DNA from: Chloropicon primus
Lineage: Eukaryota
Assembly: GCA_023205875.1 (NCBI GenBank)
Contig: CP060757.1
Location: 930,001-994,000 of the forward strand
Direction: 5' to 3'
Length of the DNA stretch: 64,000 nt
Below are positions 63,570 through 64,000 of the stretch, in pieces. Each line of letters starts with the position of its first letter. The first letter of the stretch is position 1. A program made the translations under genes and the position numbers. The notes beneath the pieces are model-generated. The model did no database searches. It was not told the origin of the DNA and saw only the letters and a list, made by a program, of their open reading frames with translations.

Positions 63570-64000
63570 ATGAGGGGCGACAAGAAGAAGGGGCCCTTAA
63601 AGAAAGGCTTCGACCCGTCCCAGCTGGAGGAGGGTTCGATCGTGTCCGTGAACGGTGAGGACGAGGACATTTACATCGCGGAAGTCTTGGAGTTTGAGAG
63701 CAAGGGAGGGCCCCAAGTGAAGCTGAGGTGGTTTTACAAGCCCGAGGACGTCGTTTACGGCCGGCAAGTCTGGCACGGGAGCAAGGAGCTCTTCAAGCAG
63801 ACCCAGGTGAGCGACTGGAACAGCGTCCACAGCGTCACGGGTTTTTGCAAGGTGCACACTCTGGAGGAGTACCAGGACCTGGACCTCGTCGAGGAGGACG
63901 ATTACTTTTGCAGGCAGGCGTACAAGCCGAACTCGGGCGAGTTCGTGCCCGACATCGTGCCCGTGTTCTGCGTGTGCGAGACGCCGTACAATCCCGACAG
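63570..64000 (+). CDS. BAH-PHD chromatin reader EBS/SHL-like, 3'-truncated by window edge (not in ORF track)
   Basis: Translation from the ATG at 63570 gives ...YIAEV...VKLRWFYKPEDVVYGRQVWHGSKELF...CKVHTLEEY...DDYFCRQAY...FVPDIVPVFCVCETPYNPD. Confidence 0.9.
   Translation, partial: MRGDKKKGPLKKGFDPSQLEEGSIVSVNGEDEDIYIAEVLEFESKGGPQVKLRWFYKPEDVVYGRQVWHGSKELFKQTQVSDWNSVHSVTGFCKVHTLEEYQDLDLVEEDDYFCRQAYKPNSGEFVPDIVPVFCVCETPYNPD

Overview
This is a gene-dense (about 1 gene per 1.5 kb), GC-rich eukaryotic nuclear segment from a compact-genome green alga. Evidence includes short GT-AG introns with CTGAC branch points, TGTAA poly(A) signals, LHCI genes, plastid transit peptides and (AG)n/(TG)n microsatellites; the style suggests a Chloropicon-like picoeukaryote, which is my inference. 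About 41 protein-coding genes are supported. Many are housekeeping genes: HCAR, PEX10, plastid PDH E1-alpha, ATG3, WAPL, MSH6, ARMC8, NOSIP, TGH/GPATCH1, RPT6, DapL, MRPL47, NOP15, COMMD10, NAXD, PP2C, SMYD and EBS/SHL. I found no rRNA, tRNA, CRISPR array or transposon. The most interesting observations are: (1) an apparently plastid-targeted DEDDy 3'-5' exonuclease fused in one ORF to a multi-pass CAAX/CPBP membrane domain; (2) a spliced gene, missed by the ORF track, joining a beta-strand-rich domain to a LysM domain; (3) the Lhca2/Lhca9 heterodimer partners arranged head-to-head around a 388-bp region with GATAAG and CCAAT boxes; (4) a secreted protein with three copies of an unrecognised 10-Cys module, inside a cell-surface gene neighbourhood; (5) a BELL/GSP1-type TALE homeobox plus IFT54 and an RPAP3/SPAG1-like gene, pointing to sexual and flagellate capacity; and (6) a histone-H1-like TPAKK repeat tail on NOP15. 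Family assignments come from recognised motifs, not from database searches.
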